From: the human T2T-CHM13v2.0 reference genome, Homo sapiens
Direction: 5' to 3' (one strand)
DNA: 64,000 nt
Assembly (NCBI RefSeq): GCF_009914755.1
Contig: NC_060926.1
Shown: positions 31,214 to 44,825 of the stretch, piece by piece
How the letters are laid out: each line of letters begins with the position of its first letter
Numbering within the stretch: position 1 is the first letter of the stretch
The notes under the pieces: generated by a model
Told to the model about the DNA's origin: nothing
The model's database searches: none
The model's input: the letters and a program-made list of their open reading frames with translations, nothing else
Translations under genes and position numbers: made by a program

Positions 31214-33797
31214 TAAGTGGATTTGCTTTGTTGTCGTCCTGTGTTAGTTTTTAACCAGTAACTTCCAATCTTGTGTCTCCCTGTATCAGATTTCTTCTTG
31301 CCCCAAATGAGTACGTTTAGGGTTGCCTGACTAAACCTTCCTCAACCCCACACGGTGCAATGCCTGGCGGAGATCCTCCAGGGTTCTGCAACTATAGCTG
31401 CTGTTCAGTGCAGTGATGATTGTCTCATATAGAGGGGCTTTGTTTATCGTAAATAATGTGCATCAATTTGGGTTCCCAGTTGAAAACAACAAAAATGGAC
31501 TCTGGTTGATTTAACGAAAAAGAAACTAAGGAAATGAAATTGGAAAACCCATAAGATCAACAGCAAGGCCAGGAAAGCAGTGGAGGCTACAGTCCAGGCT
31601 CACCAGGCAGTCAAGTCCGGGGTTGGCCTGTTGCCAAGGCGTGCCCCCACTCTGAGATGCTACAGGCTGCAGGCACTGCTGCTGCCAGCCACCTGCCCCA
31701 TAGCTGCTGAACTCTCGGTGCTTCCTCTGCCCACGTCCCTCCACCTCCCAGAGTGTGGTGGGGGAGGGGCAGCTTTTGACTAGCTGAGCCTGTCACATTC
31801 CCACACCTTAGCAGAGTTGGTGGGGGGGTTAGAATTATCTGACTATCACCATGTGGAGCGTCTTCCAAATCTAAAAAGAAGTTCAAATTTTGGGCCGCCA
31901 AAAACCTGACATACAGCCGTCCAGTCCTGTTTCCTCTGAGCTTTTTCTCCTTTGGACAGACGCCCTGTGTTCCTTCAACTGAAACTCATGGATGAGGCCT
32001 CCGGATCCCTTACCACATCGTCATTAATTTTTGGTACCCAGAATTGGAAGTAATCTCACAAGTCTGAGGTACAATGGGATTATTTTTTTCCAAACCCTGA
32101 CCACCCCCCACCTTAACTTTCATGAAGGCATCCGAAGATTTCGTTACTTCTCTAGTCAGCCATAGTACATAGATGACTCATGTTGGCTCATACAATGCTT
32201 GTGGTCAACTGAAATCCCCAGATCTTTTTAGGAATGGCTGTAAAGCCAGGTCTTCTCAATTATTTACTTATATAATTGGCTTATTGAACATGTGCAAATT
32301 TAACCGAGTAACATAAGACTGTATTTGTAATACTTCAACTATTTAGTTCACACCCTCAAATTCCCTCACGCTGTAGCACAGTGTACTTGGCTACTTCAAC
32401 CAGAAATTGTAAACTGGCGGTCTGTAGGCCAATTTGACCACACATTTATTTTGTTTGGCTAATATGGTGGTTTTTGAGAACTAAATCGGTTGCCAACTGT
32501 TGAACATCAGGAGATGTCATGTAAAAAGCAGCACTTCCAACTTCTCTTGAAAGGTATGAAGGTCTAGCAACATTTGGTCGTCATTCCCCCAGGGCTGGAG
32601 CTGGGCAGCAGCTACTTCCTCTGAAGGGTGCAGACAAAGCTCACTGCAGTCCCCACCAGGCCCTGTTGCCTGGGGTTCACCCTGCTTCGTTAATTTCATG
32701 CCCTGCCCAGTCACTGTGGACATCTGGGTGCATAGTCTGTGTGTCCTGTGGGTGCTGGTTATGGCAGGGGCAAAAGGGGTAAAGTGGAGAGAGAAGAAAG
32801 CTGGGAAAGGTGGGCTTAAGTGGCTCTCTCTTGCTCTTGTCTGTCTTGGGTCGTGCAAGATAAAGATGTACTGAGGGCAGAGATGTGGCGGTGAGCTTCT
32901 GGCACGGGCATCTGTGGTTCTGACTGCCCAGCACGGCAATTCTTCTGGAAATTCTCACTTCTCCTGTGTGACTACAGAGAGTGCTGCCAGGTTCCAGATG
33001 ATCCTGCTCCTGTGGCCAAGGCACACGGGTCCAAAGAGTGACCACTGGTCCATACTAGTGATAGAGTTTTAGAACTTCCAGGAGTGGCTGATGTTGTTGG
33101 AAGAAAGGCTCATGAAGATTTGACCGCATTTTCTGTCATGTGGGTTGGGAAGCAGAGGCAGCTGGTGCAAGAAAGTGAAGGGTTGAGTCATCAACTAGAG
33201 ACAGGGACAGCAACACACACTGCAGGCTCTATCTGTGCTAATCTGGCTCAGCTCTTAGCCTGGGATCCTATGAGATGCCTCGTATTATTAGTGTATATTC
33301 TGCTCCCTTTAAAATTTACCTAGAGTTGGTTTCTGTTGCTTGCAACCAAAAGCACCAGGGCATGTCGTCACAGGCCGTCCTTGCTCTCTGTGAGCCCTTC
33401 CAGTGCCTGATGGGTCCCCTCTTTATGCTCCCCCTTGTCTACCATCTGCTCTTGGATCAAGCATCCTGGGTGCTCTAAAAAATTCCCCTTGTTCCTGAGC
33501 AAGGGTAAGAGTGAAAGGTGGCTCATGTGAACATGTTTCCATGCACTGCGAGGTGTGTGCCCTTCCTTCGGCCCTCAAGGGAAGCCAGGCAGCTCTGGGA
33601 TGCTTTCCATCTCACCCTGTTGTTGGCGCTGATGTAAATCATACAGATGGAAATCCACATTGCTGAGAGACATCCAGGTTAAGAAAGCCACCTGCTGCTA
33701 TCAGAAGCAAAGTTTCCAGGGACTAGCATCCTGATATAAGCACAGGATATGTGTAATTGAGATACTAAGATCTGCCTTCAAATCACCAGTAGGTGAT

Positions 33798-33798
33798 G

Positions 33799-33831
<33 letters not shown>

Positions 33832-33837
33832 GAGAGA
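33798..33837. repeat. (GA)n microsatellite
   Basis: Direct inspection. Confidence 0.9.
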
Positions 33838-35430
33838 CGTATCCTTTCATTAATTCTACAAATATTTATTGAACACCTACTATATGCTAGTCACTGCCCT
33901 AGGCACTAAGGATATTACAGTAGAAAAGATCTGTAGCTTACAGAGAGCTTACATTCTAATGGCATGTAAACTTTATGTGTTAGTTCTGTGGATACAAAAA
34001 TGAAAATTCAGCCCCAATGGCTTTACAAGTATGAATATCACTTTCCTCATTTGTAAAATGAGTTTAAAATAATTATCACAGGTTGGGCACCGTGGCTGGC
34101 GCCTGTACTCCCAGCACTTTGTGAAGATGAGGTTGGAGGATCTCTTGAGCCCAGGAGTTTGAGACTAGCCTGGGCAACATAAGGAGACCCTGTCGCTACA
34201 AAAAATTTAAATTAAAAATTTAGCCAGGCGTGGTGGCGCACCTGTAGTTTCAACTATTCAGGAGGCTGAGGTGAAAGGATGGCTTGAGCCCAAGAGTTTG
34301 AGGCTGCAGTGAGCCGTGATAGCACCCCGCGCTCTAGCCTGCCTGACAGAACGAGATCCTGTCTAAAGCTATGGAAGTAAATATAAATAAATAAAATAAT
34401 TATCTGGCAGAGCTGTTTAGAGGATTAAATAATATATAGCACGCTCTTGGCCTTTTAGCCTCAACAAATACTACTTTTTTCCTTAATAATAACAGAAAGA
34501 TCATACAACTTCACAAACCACAAGGACAGGCTGGCCGATAGGCAGGCCCCCCACGACTCTTCTGATGTTAGCCCTGACTGAACTCGCTGTGCAGCGTCCA
34601 ACCAATCCTGGTTTGTGCTGGGCCCTGGACTGGAACCCAGCCCTTCCCGACGGGAACGCAAAGCGGCCACGAGGGGGCAGCGCACGGCAGGGAATCTTCG
34701 CCGCCGACCCCAGCCCACCGCCAAACTTCCCTGCTGCTCTCGGTCCTCCTGTACGTACTTCCGTTGCTCTGACGCTCCCAGAAGCCGGGGCGTCGGGAAG
34801 GAGAGCGCGAATTCACCCTCCTCTGCGCCTCCGTAGGAAAAAATTGGAGCGGGGGTTCACGAGACTGCGCCGCGGCGGGCGCTAGAGCCCCTCGCACAGC
34901 GTCGCCAAGGGTGCGGCGTGGAGCCGGGCGCCTGGCGCCAGGGTGCTGGTCGGCGGGCAGCGGCGCCAGCCTCCGACCCGCGACTCCGGCGAGCCAAGGC
35001 TGCGCCGGGAGGAGTCGGCGCGGGCCCCGGGGTGCCCCCTTCAACTGGAGCGCCTTCCCCTCCTGCCTTGCGGCGCATCCCCACACCTACACCGGAACGA
35101 AGCTCCGGGGCTGTCACTTCTGCGCGCTTCTCGGAAAGGAGTCTGAACTGGGAGCGCTCCGGGGGGTCGTCGGGGAGGATGCCCGGGCGTCGGCTGTGTC
35201 CCCAAGCTGCTCGCCGGCGCTGGCGAGGAAGGCAGTCAGGATAACGCCGCCCAAACTTTCCTTCGCAGCAGCGTTGGCAGGAAACGTCCCTCTCTGAGGC
35301 TCACGAAAAGCCGAAAAAGACTCGGACGCTTGGAGGAGGCAGGGCCAAGCCTGCGCAGGAGAGGTTCCCCGGAGCCCTGGAGATGTCCTAGGGGACCAGG
35401 CTAATCGCCGGCTTGCGCCCAAGCGAAGGG
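33830..35430 (-). ncRNA. SH3RF3-AS1: Divergent antisense lncRNA from the SH3RF3 promoter (approximate limits)
   Basis: Recalled annotation of a head-to-head lncRNA at this locus; bidirectional-type CpG island; minus-strand AATAAA at 33865-33870. Ends cannot be fixed from sequence alone. Confidence 0.45.
34081..34391 (+). mobile_element. Alu (AluJ) inserted in a MIR
   Basis: AluJ diagnostics, (TAAA)n tail, TSD TAAAATAATTATC; MIR core TTCCTCATTTGTAAAATG upstream. Confidence 0.9.
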
Positions 35431-35960
35431 AAGTCCTGCAGGCACGGCGCCTCCTTCCCTGAGCCCCGCAGTGACCGTGACCTCCGCGCGCACCCCCGCG
35501 CACGTGCTCGCGGCTGAGGAAGAGGAACGGTCCTGCTGAATCCTCTGGAGGACAGCGACTAGCGAGCAGGCCAGGGGCGCATGGAGGTGCCGCGGGGGCG
35601 GTGCGGCTCGCCAGCTGCGCGGAGGAGCGTGCACGCCGCGCCCCGGCCTCCCCGGGGACCTGGCCGGCCGCTGCCCGCACTTCCTGCCGCTGGTCTCCCA
35701 GGCGCGAGCCGCCGCTTGCAGCACAGAACCCGTTGAGCTTCGTGCCCGGCAGCACCCCCGGTCCCCCGCGCGGGGCGGACTTGCGGCGGGACAGGTGTAG
35801 CCCGCAGCCGCAGGCGCTGCGCTCAGGACTGGGCGGGCTCGGCTGGCCGGTCCCCGCCACGCAGGCCGGTCGGTGAGCCACTTCGCACCGCCACAGCCCT
35901 AGCATCGGGCCACCAGCCGGGGTGAAGAAAGTCACGGCGGAGCCCGGCTCCCCAGTCCTG

Positions 35961-36005
35961 ATGCTGGCTGCGGGTGGCGGGCTCCACGCCGGCCCCGGGA
36001 CCTAG
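35961..36005 (+). other. Upstream ORF (14 aa, [14 protein letters not shown]) in putative SH3RF3 5'UTR
   Basis: ATG 35961 to TAG 36003-36005, out of frame with the CDS. Confidence 0.55.
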
Positions 36006-36039
36006 GCAGCCGCGCGAGACCGCTGCGGGCGCCTCCCCC

Positions 36040-36612
36040 ATGCTGCTCGGAGCGTCCTGGCTGTGCGCATCCAAGGCGGCCGCCGCTGCTGCGCAGAGCG
36101 AGGGCGACGAGGACAGGCCAGGCGAGCGACGGCGGCGTCGGGCGGCGGCCACCGCCGCGGGGGCGGGCGAGGACATGGACGAGTCGTCGCTGCTGGACCT
36201 GCTGGAGTGCTCCGTGTGTCTGGAGCGCCTGGACACCACGGCCAAGGTGCTGCCATGCCAACACACTTTCTGCCGCCGCTGCCTGGAGAGCATCGTGTGC
36301 TCGCGCCACGAGCTGCGCTGCCCCGAGTGCCGCATCCTGGTGGGCTGCGGCGTGGACGAACTGCCCGCCAACATCTTGCTGGTGCGACTGCTGGACGGCA
36401 TCCGTCAGCGGCCCCGCGCGGGCACCAGCCCCGGCGGCAGCCCGCCCGCGCGTCCCATCCCAGGCCAGAGTGCGGCCCCCACGCTCGCGGGCGGCGGGGG
36501 CGGCGCGGCAGGCAGCACCCCGGGTTCCCCGGTTTTCCTCTCCGCGGCCGCGGGCAGCACCGCCGGCAGTCTGCGGGAGCTGGCGACCAGCAGGACCGCG
36601 CCGGCGGCAAAG
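36040..36612 (+). CDS. SH3RF3: SH3 domain-containing RING finger protein 3 (POSH2), coding part of exon 1 (191 codons, C3HC4 RING)
   Basis: [12 protein letters not shown]...[37 protein letters not shown]...CPECR is a POSH-family RING; ends at canonical donor AAG|GTGAGT (GT 36613-36614), phase 0. Confidence 0.97.
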
Positions 36613-39600
36613 GTGAGTATCTGTCTCGGCGGAAGTGGCCACGGCACGTGGGAGTGTGTGGGTGGGTGCTTGGGCGTGGGGGGCAGTGATGAGGTGCGGA
36701 GGAGACCACGGGTGGTCCTGCGTTGGCCCACTCCGCTGTTGCTCTTCCTCCAACTTCGCTTGCTTGGTGGCGGCATCCGGCCCCTGGGCAGCTCGCCGCT
36801 TGTTCACGTGTGTCCCATCCTCCTGTGGAGTGGGCACGCCTTCCTGTCCCGTCGCTCACCCCCGATTCCTTGGCCGGACTTGTTACCCTGCCTCTTAAAC
36901 TTAGCATCGCCCTTGCGTCTCCCTAGAAACGGGGACCTTCTTCCTCTGGGTCCCCAGACACTCCCTCTGCACACCCTGGGCCTGCCTAGAGAAAAGTTAG
37001 CCCTTAACGTTTCTGACAGGGCTCTGATGGCTGCTCTGGGAAGCCCGCGGGCCTCCTGCCTGCGGTGTGGCTAAGGAGGGGAGGGCAGAAGGCAGAGTGG
37101 GACTGGGGTTTGGAGGAATGCTTCTAGTAGTCTGGAAGGAGTTAATCTGGAGGCCCCAGGAGCCTTTTGACCCAGCCCTTTTGGACTTGGCAGTGTCTAA
37201 CCAGAAGCCAAGGTCTTCTCCTGGGCTCCCAGGCAGGGTTGCATTCCCACGGGGGTCATTTATATTTATTATTATTATTTTTGGTACAGCCGCATTTTAG
37301 GGCCTTCGCTGCTTCTGTTTTAGACGAAAGATCTTCTCTGGATGGCTTCAATGATTTGGTTTTAAAAGCTTCTTACAGCTTCTTATTACACACCCTTGCC
37401 ACCTTGTGAACAGTTACCAGGAGAGAGGGCATGGGATGCTGGTTTAAATGAGAAAAGAAAGGACCCGGGTTTTGTTAATTTCTTTAAATGGAGAAAAGCA
37501 CTTAAATGTTAAAAAAAATACATTATCTATTGGAATAATCATTTGCTTTAGAAACACAACTTTATTCCTCTACTTTTGACCATTTAAGGAGTTGGTGATG
37601 CCTAGTCCTTCCACTATGTGTAATCCTGAAATGCTGGGAACATTCTAGCACCTGGATTAGGCAGTACTGCAAATCTCTAAGGTTAAGGTTAGGAACTTAA
37701 ACCCTTGGATGTTGAGCTTGAGTTAAATGCCATACTTTGCTGCAATGGGTTTTTTTTTCTATGGATCAGGAAGAATGGGGACAGTCAAGGATAGTCACTG
37801 GGGGTCACTTGGGGGGCACTGCTGAAGGGGAATTTTTTTCTTTGGTTTTAATTGTGATTAAATCCAGCTAAATGCTTGCGTTAGAAATTTTCAAACTTTT
37901 CCTTCCTGGCCTTGCTGTTTTTGATGTAAGGTATTTATAATTAAATATCTTTATTTGCAGAATAAGTGGGTTACCTTCTTCTGTTCTGATAAATTATGTG
38001 ATATTCGGAGCCCCGCTTCTAGTAAAACGCTGGGACATTCTGATGACCATCTGTTTACAGATGTCCTCTCAGTTTATCTTGGGGGACTTTGTGTTTGACC
38101 AGGAGGTTAGGAGGTAACCTCTGACATGTGACAGGCTGAAGCTTTGATGCCACTCCGGGAATTCTGTGGCATTTGTAGTACCTTTTAGAACTTGTCAAAG
38201 GGGTTGAAGCTTGGAACTTTTTAGTAGTGACATTTAGTATTAGCAGGAAATTGATGTTTTACTCACCATATGTTGAGACCCTTGGTTGACTTTCTTTATG
38301 GGTGCATAGTCATGTTCATGACTTTTTGTGTTTTTGGGATGTTTCTGGATGTTGTTTAATAGACGAGCACTTATTTAACTAATAAGCAGGAGTCCCGCAT
38401 GGTGTATTCACACTACACTAGCACTATACTACCATGCTGGGATAATAGCATTAGGTCCAGCACATGCTTCGGGAGTGGGAAGGATTGTAATAGCATATCA
38501 GGCATTGAGCAACCCTATACAGTTGGTTGACAAAGATTTCGGCTGAAAATTACTTTTGGTACTTTACTGTCCATTGGAATTGCTTGACTCCTGCCAGGAA
38601 AGTTGAATGCTGGATGTTGTTGCATGTTGTTTAATAGAGGGGCACTTATTTAACTAATATGCCATGATAGCAGGTAACCATAAATATTACAGTCCCATCA
38701 TTTTCCAATTAGAAGCTCCTTACATCTTCTTTTGGGCCAATTAGGGTATGTATACTTTTTAGGTATATAGGTAAGTATTGGCATAGCTTGTTTACTTTAT
38801 TAATTTTGTTACGGTTCAATATTTTGACAGCTTTATTTAAAAAAAAGTTTTAATTTCTGTTTGGTTTTACTGGCAGGACACAAAACAGTGTTTTCCTGAA
38901 CTCTTTACCTGTTGTTTTTCATCGGTTTTGGTGATCACCAGAGTACTTGGAGTCCCCTGACGTGGTTAGCAGAACCTCTCAGCTCTGCTCTCACCTGAGC
39001 CATTTGAGATAAAGCGCTTTTGTGGAGTCAGTTAACGATGCTGCCCCTGGAAATAATATACCCAGTGACGAGTACCCATAGCCTAAGATCAGGAGTTGGT
39101 CTTTTTATTTGCCTGTTGGCAAATACTATATGTGTGTTGCTTCTTAAAGTGTGTTCATATGTGTTACTTCTTGAAGTGACCTTTAAACAGTCCTGTTTTA
39201 ATGGTACTGTCTAACCCTTGCAGTTGCTAATGTATGCTAAATTTCTCAGGCTAACTTGTTTGTTTATTGTTTTGTTTTCACTATTTTGCAAGAAAATCCC
39301 TTTAACATCCCAAGCTAGCATCAATCAAATTGTTTCAGTGCAGTGGGAGTCTTGCTAAAAGAGTTTTGTGGTTCCACATTGAGTAATTCAAAACATGCTT
39401 TTTAATGTAAGTGATTTAATAAGGACTTGAATATCAGACAATTCCAATTTTGTTTTGAAAATTTTTTAAATCCTTGACTTATATTTGAGCCTATACAGAA
39501 CATCTTCTGCAGTTCATGTAGACTCGGCTAGGCACTATTATAGGTAAACAAGACTGGCTTGGGCTTTCTGGATGGAGCTGACAGTAGAGGTAGTGAGTGG

Positions 39601-40579
39601 TTGCAAGCTGTCTGCCCAGCTCTCAGAAGGTACCCGTGGGCACTGACCGGTGTCACTCCAGAATTCTGTGAGGGTTACAAGGAAGGACATTGTCACAAAT
39701 TAAAGAATTCTAGAAAGCTTAGGCAGTGCCTTTGATGATATAAAAGTCGGCATTACAGCCTAATAAGTTTATCTGTATTTTGTATCTTGAGGTACAGTGG
39801 TATATGTTCACATTGGATCCGTTTGAAAATCTCTTCTGTGTCTCTTTGACAATGTGACTGGGACTTAATAGAGAAAATAATTTAAGTTGGAGAATCATAA
39901 AATTATATTTGTTAAATATTTTATTTTATAAGCATACACGTGTATGATTCTTCCACCATTTTTTGAGTACAGAGCTGAGGACCTTTCTTTGAGTTCCAGA
40001 TTGTCTTTTTAGCTGAACACAGTCACCTTTTATGATTTTCTATTTGTTTCTTTCAAATAGAGTGAAGACTAAGATTTTCAAAGGATTCTGAATAGAGCGT
40101 CATTTAGATTTTAAATAGGACCTCTCCACTAATGTTTGATGTTCTCATTTACACCTGATTTGACCATTTTGTTAGTGTTTGAGTCTTTCATACATGGTCA
40201 TCTTGATTTCCCAAGGGACAATTTTTTTTTTTTTTTTTTTGCACTCAAACTTCTTTCCCTGTTACAGACTATTGAATTATGGTGCATATTTAGCATTATG
40301 AGTACAACTTGCATTAGCATAGTTGGGAATAAGGACAACAGATCCCTGATAAGCACAGGCTTCCCCAGGCAGGAGTGGCTGGCCCAGCCTTGCCAGGCTG
40401 TAGTCTCTGGTGGGTGTGGGTGACTTTGGCTGTGTTACAGAGGACGTGGAATGTTGGTTAGTCCAGCTGGTCAGCTAGTGGAGGCCAGGATAGAGGGTGT
40501 CTATGGTATCTGGAAGCTAGTTACCATGTTCTTTGGGTCTCGACAGTTGAACTGCTTATATACCCGAGATTTTCTGTTG

Positions 40580-40790
40580 AACATTTACTGAGTGCCTGCT
40601 GCATGCTGGGCACTTTGACATATATCACCTTATGGAAAGTTCACAATAATCCTGCCAAGTGGCTGGTATAATTATTATTTTGAGGCCCAGAGAGATTGAT
40701 ATTTGGGCAAGTCAGAGAGCTAGGAAGTGATTGAGTTAGGATTCTGTTCCTCCGCCCTTCTGTCCAGTTTGGCTGGATGGTTGGGATGTT
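40580..40790 (-). mobile_element. MIR fragment
   Basis: ATTTACTGAGTGCCT..CTGGGCAC..TGAGGCCCAGAGAG..GTCAGAGAGCTAGGAAG MIR motifs. Confidence 0.6.
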
Positions 40791-43700
40791 GTCGTGGTTC
40801 GGTCTTGGATATAATAAGGACTCCAGAGGAAAAGGCTGGCACTTGGGGGCCTCACCAAAAACCAGACAGCTCACAAGAGACCAAACGAGTGGTTGATATG
40901 ACAGCTGAGTTACAGCAAAGTCCTGTTCAGAAGGCCCCTGAGTGTGGAAACAGCAGTTTGCAGCCAGCGAGTGAATAATCTAAATTATTATTTATTGAGC
41001 ACCCAGTGGGACCAGGTGTGAATGAAGCCTCTGCTGAGGGCTAAGGGTTGAGCGGTGTTTTAAGTGTGGCTCATCTGGTCCTTACTGCAACTTGGTGAGG
41101 TTGCTAGTTACACAGGTACGGAAATTAAGGCTCCAGAATTTCCTTGCTGAGCGGCACACAGTTAATGAGGGTGTTTTTTGGAAGATTAACTTTGGCCTTG
41201 GTTAGAAGAGTCCTCTTACTCTACCACAGGCTCAGCTCGTTGGTAGCACGATTCTAAACATAAGCAGTGGCCACCCCTTCCATTCACCGTGCCTCACGGC
41301 TGCAGATGCTCTTCTATGCAAGGCTGCTGTCTTGTAAACCCACAGAGTGCACAGAGCAGTGTGGCCCACAGGAAACAGCATCAAATCTGTTGTGGCTTTG
41401 GATGCAGGTGACAGGCAGCTCTATTAATATGTAAGTGACATGAACAGGACATTAGTCTGAGTGGCCTAGCTGGCTAACCCAGCAGCTCTGTGCTCTCCTC
41501 ACTGATCCATACTTGGTCTGCCCTTCTGCTCTGCTCCTCTGTTGGCTTCATTCTCATCCCTACCCAGTAGGTCTCAAATAGAGGCCGTGGCTTCAGGTGT
41601 CACAGTCCCATGACAACACCCAGTAGTGGAGACAGCAGGGTTTCTTCCCCTTGTACTTAGTCTCCAAGTCGGTGAGCAAACGGTGACCCAGCCCCAACCC
41701 CATGTTTCTTGTTACACCCCTGGGGACAGTGTTGCCTCCCAGGCTGGTGTCTGAAGCCCACACACAGGACTGCCTTTTCTCCTGAGGCGGTGGCCTGCCA
41801 CCTCCCCCAGGACACGTGGAAGGAGGGGAAGGGGTGGTGGGAATCCCACTGAAGGTGGTTTTAATCTTGGCTTCCACACTTCCTCACCATCTGCCCCGGG
41901 GCAAATGGGCTAGCTTTCCTGAGACTTGTTATCAGTGAATTAGGGATGCTATCTGCTTCTTAGATAAATAGGATAACGTATGTGCAGTGCCTGGCACACG
42001 TGATTGGCTGTCGTTTCAGTGCCTGTTCCTAATACGAAAATCTTCAAGTCTCTTATCACGCGTGAGGCACACCTCAGAGTGCCTGCTTTGCTGCTGGTGG
42101 ATTTGTGGTATTTAGTATTCTAAGTTAAGGGTGTGTGCGTGTACGTGTGTGGATGTGGATGTGCATGGGGGGGTGTGTGTGTGTTGTGAGTCTGATATCA
42201 TGCTTTGCCTCTAGATTCAGTCAGTCCATGTTGTGGAAACTGGATCGTCAAGCATTACTGGGCATCTATGCGGAGTAGTTGCTTGAGTCTGTTGGTTTCC
42301 TTTTTAAATTTGCTCCAAGTTTATCTTTATTATCAGAGGCAGTGTTCATGATTCTTACAAACTTCATTAAAAGGGAAAAAACGTCTAAGCCATAATCTGC
42401 TTTAAAAAAACAGCAGGGGAGAATAATCCTGCTCAGTTGCTGATCCAGCCTGTTGGCAGGCTATCCTGAAAACGAGCCCACCTCCGTCATCCGTAGGACA
42501 CAATAGCTTGTCTACAGCTGCCTAGAATCAGGCTGCTTGCTGTGATGGAGCTGAGCAGAATTCTATCCAATTGTTTCTTCCTCCTGGCTTTTGAGAGCCT
42601 GCCTGCTTGCTGGAGCATGACAGATTCGGGGCTCAGTTTTGCAATTGTTTCTAGTGTGCATTTCCGTTTGATCTGTATTTAATCTCTATCTTTTACAGTT
42701 AACATGATCTTTTTTGAGGTGCATTAAAAAAAAACACACACATCAGCAAGCATTTGCTGGGGGAAATGCTCTTGATAGCACCACTTGAAGAGGCCAAGGT
42801 CAATTTTTATCAGATTTGCCTTGCTTGGGAGATCTTCAGATTTGATGAATGTGAAATGCATGCTTGATGGGTATCCTATTGGAATTTTAATTAACTTTAA
42901 AAGAACAGGGTGTCGAGCTGAAGGTATTGGCAACAGTGAATGGTTTACAGATCATGCAGGCACCCCATAATGTGAGCCTCCCTTTTCCCATTGAGTGAAG
43001 TTGGAATGAAAAAGTGTATAAAGTTGCAGCATGATTTGTATTCTGCTTTCTTTAGGCTCTCCTGGCCCTTGATGGCTCTGCACATCCTTGGAGGCCATTT
43101 AGAGCTGCAGCTCTCCTTTGGGAGACCTGAAGGAGGCCCAAGAAGAGTCACTGCGCTCTTGGGTAGCACGTGTTTACATTGTTAACTGATGCAAACGAAG
43201 ATATGATGGTATTTGCATTTCCACTTAATGTAATGTGTGCATAAGGCTCACATGAATTTATGTGAGTTTAAATGAATTAGGATTGACCACAGGAATTCGG
43301 ATCAGGAGGAGGTGTGAGAGAATTTAGAAGCATGCTTGCACCGGGGCACCTGTAAATGTGCTGCAGCCGGGCTCTCTGAGAGCAAGACCTCACCAGAGAA
43401 TCAGGGAGTTCGCAGGGAGCCATCTTTACCCTGGTTCAAGGAATGGGATGCTGATGCTTTTCTCTCTCTGGCTTCACTGCACAGATATTTAAGTACCTGC
43501 TGTGTACCATACACTACAGTGGACACTGGGGGCTCCAGGGACAGCGATTGCATTGGTCTCTATTTATAATGAAATGTAATTTTTTTTCCATTTAGTTAGG
43601 TGACCAGATATGCTGCAGAGGAAAACATGTGTCTATATCTTTTTATTCTCTGTTTATCTGGCAGGAATTTCTAATGAGGAAAGTGGTATTGGTGTGATTT

Positions 43701-44423
43701 GGGGCTTAGTGAGTTTGCAGTGGGTTCTCACCTCTTTTTGTTTATTCTTCCATAGTCTAGATTTGCCAAATGAAGGCTTTGCACTTCTTCTTTCTGAATC
43801 TTTCTGACTTTGTGGTGGGGAAAGAAGATGATGAGGCAGGTCCATCCCACAGCTGGAGGCTTTCTGAGAGCAGCTTGGTGTTGCGGGCAGCACCTTTCAG
43901 AGAAGCTGTCTGCTGTTTGCTAGTTCTGGAGCAGATGCTCTGGAAGTGCCACATGCTCAGGAGATAAGAGAACTTGCTGCTGTGGCTAGGACGATGGAGG
44001 TCAGGAGTGTCCAGCACGTTTTCTGAAGATTCTTTTAATTTTTTGTTGGCCATCAAAGCACACCACCTTAGGTGAGAATTATTTGGATTTATCATTTAGG
44101 ATCTAAGATACATTCATGGGTGACTGCATTCCATTTGTTGCTCTAGGATGAACCCAGAGATACTGGAGAGAAAGAGGAAAGATGAGGGAGGCTTAGGCAC
44201 ATTTCAGTAAATGGTTGCAGGTTAACTAATCTCATTAGACACCACCCGTCCTGATCAGCCGTTGTTTTTGCGTTCAAAGACTAATCGGTTAATCCTCCAA
44301 GCTTTGCCTGCCACTGTTGCTGTTTGATTTGAAGGGTCAAGGAATCCTTCAGATGATTACTAAACACTTGGAGTGCTCACCCATGTGGGTTGAGGAAAGT
44401 ACTCCTGAGGCTGGGCCAGCTAA

Positions 44424-44825
<402 letters not shown>

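Larger units (their letters stand above)
34640..36860. promoter_or_regulatory. CpG island / promoter of SH3RF3
   Basis: Very GC- and CpG-rich, TATA-less; GC box GGGGCGGAC near 35772, ETS-like ACTTCC motifs, CACGTG near 35501. Confidence 0.9.

Noticed and set aside
34461-36907. Many long overlapping ORFs on both strands (e.g. 35114-35935 -, 35932-36837 -, 36002-36907 -, 36063-36689 +)
   Set aside because: Expected stop-codon scarcity in a CpG island; low-complexity Ala/Arg/Gly/Pro peptides with no recognisable domain
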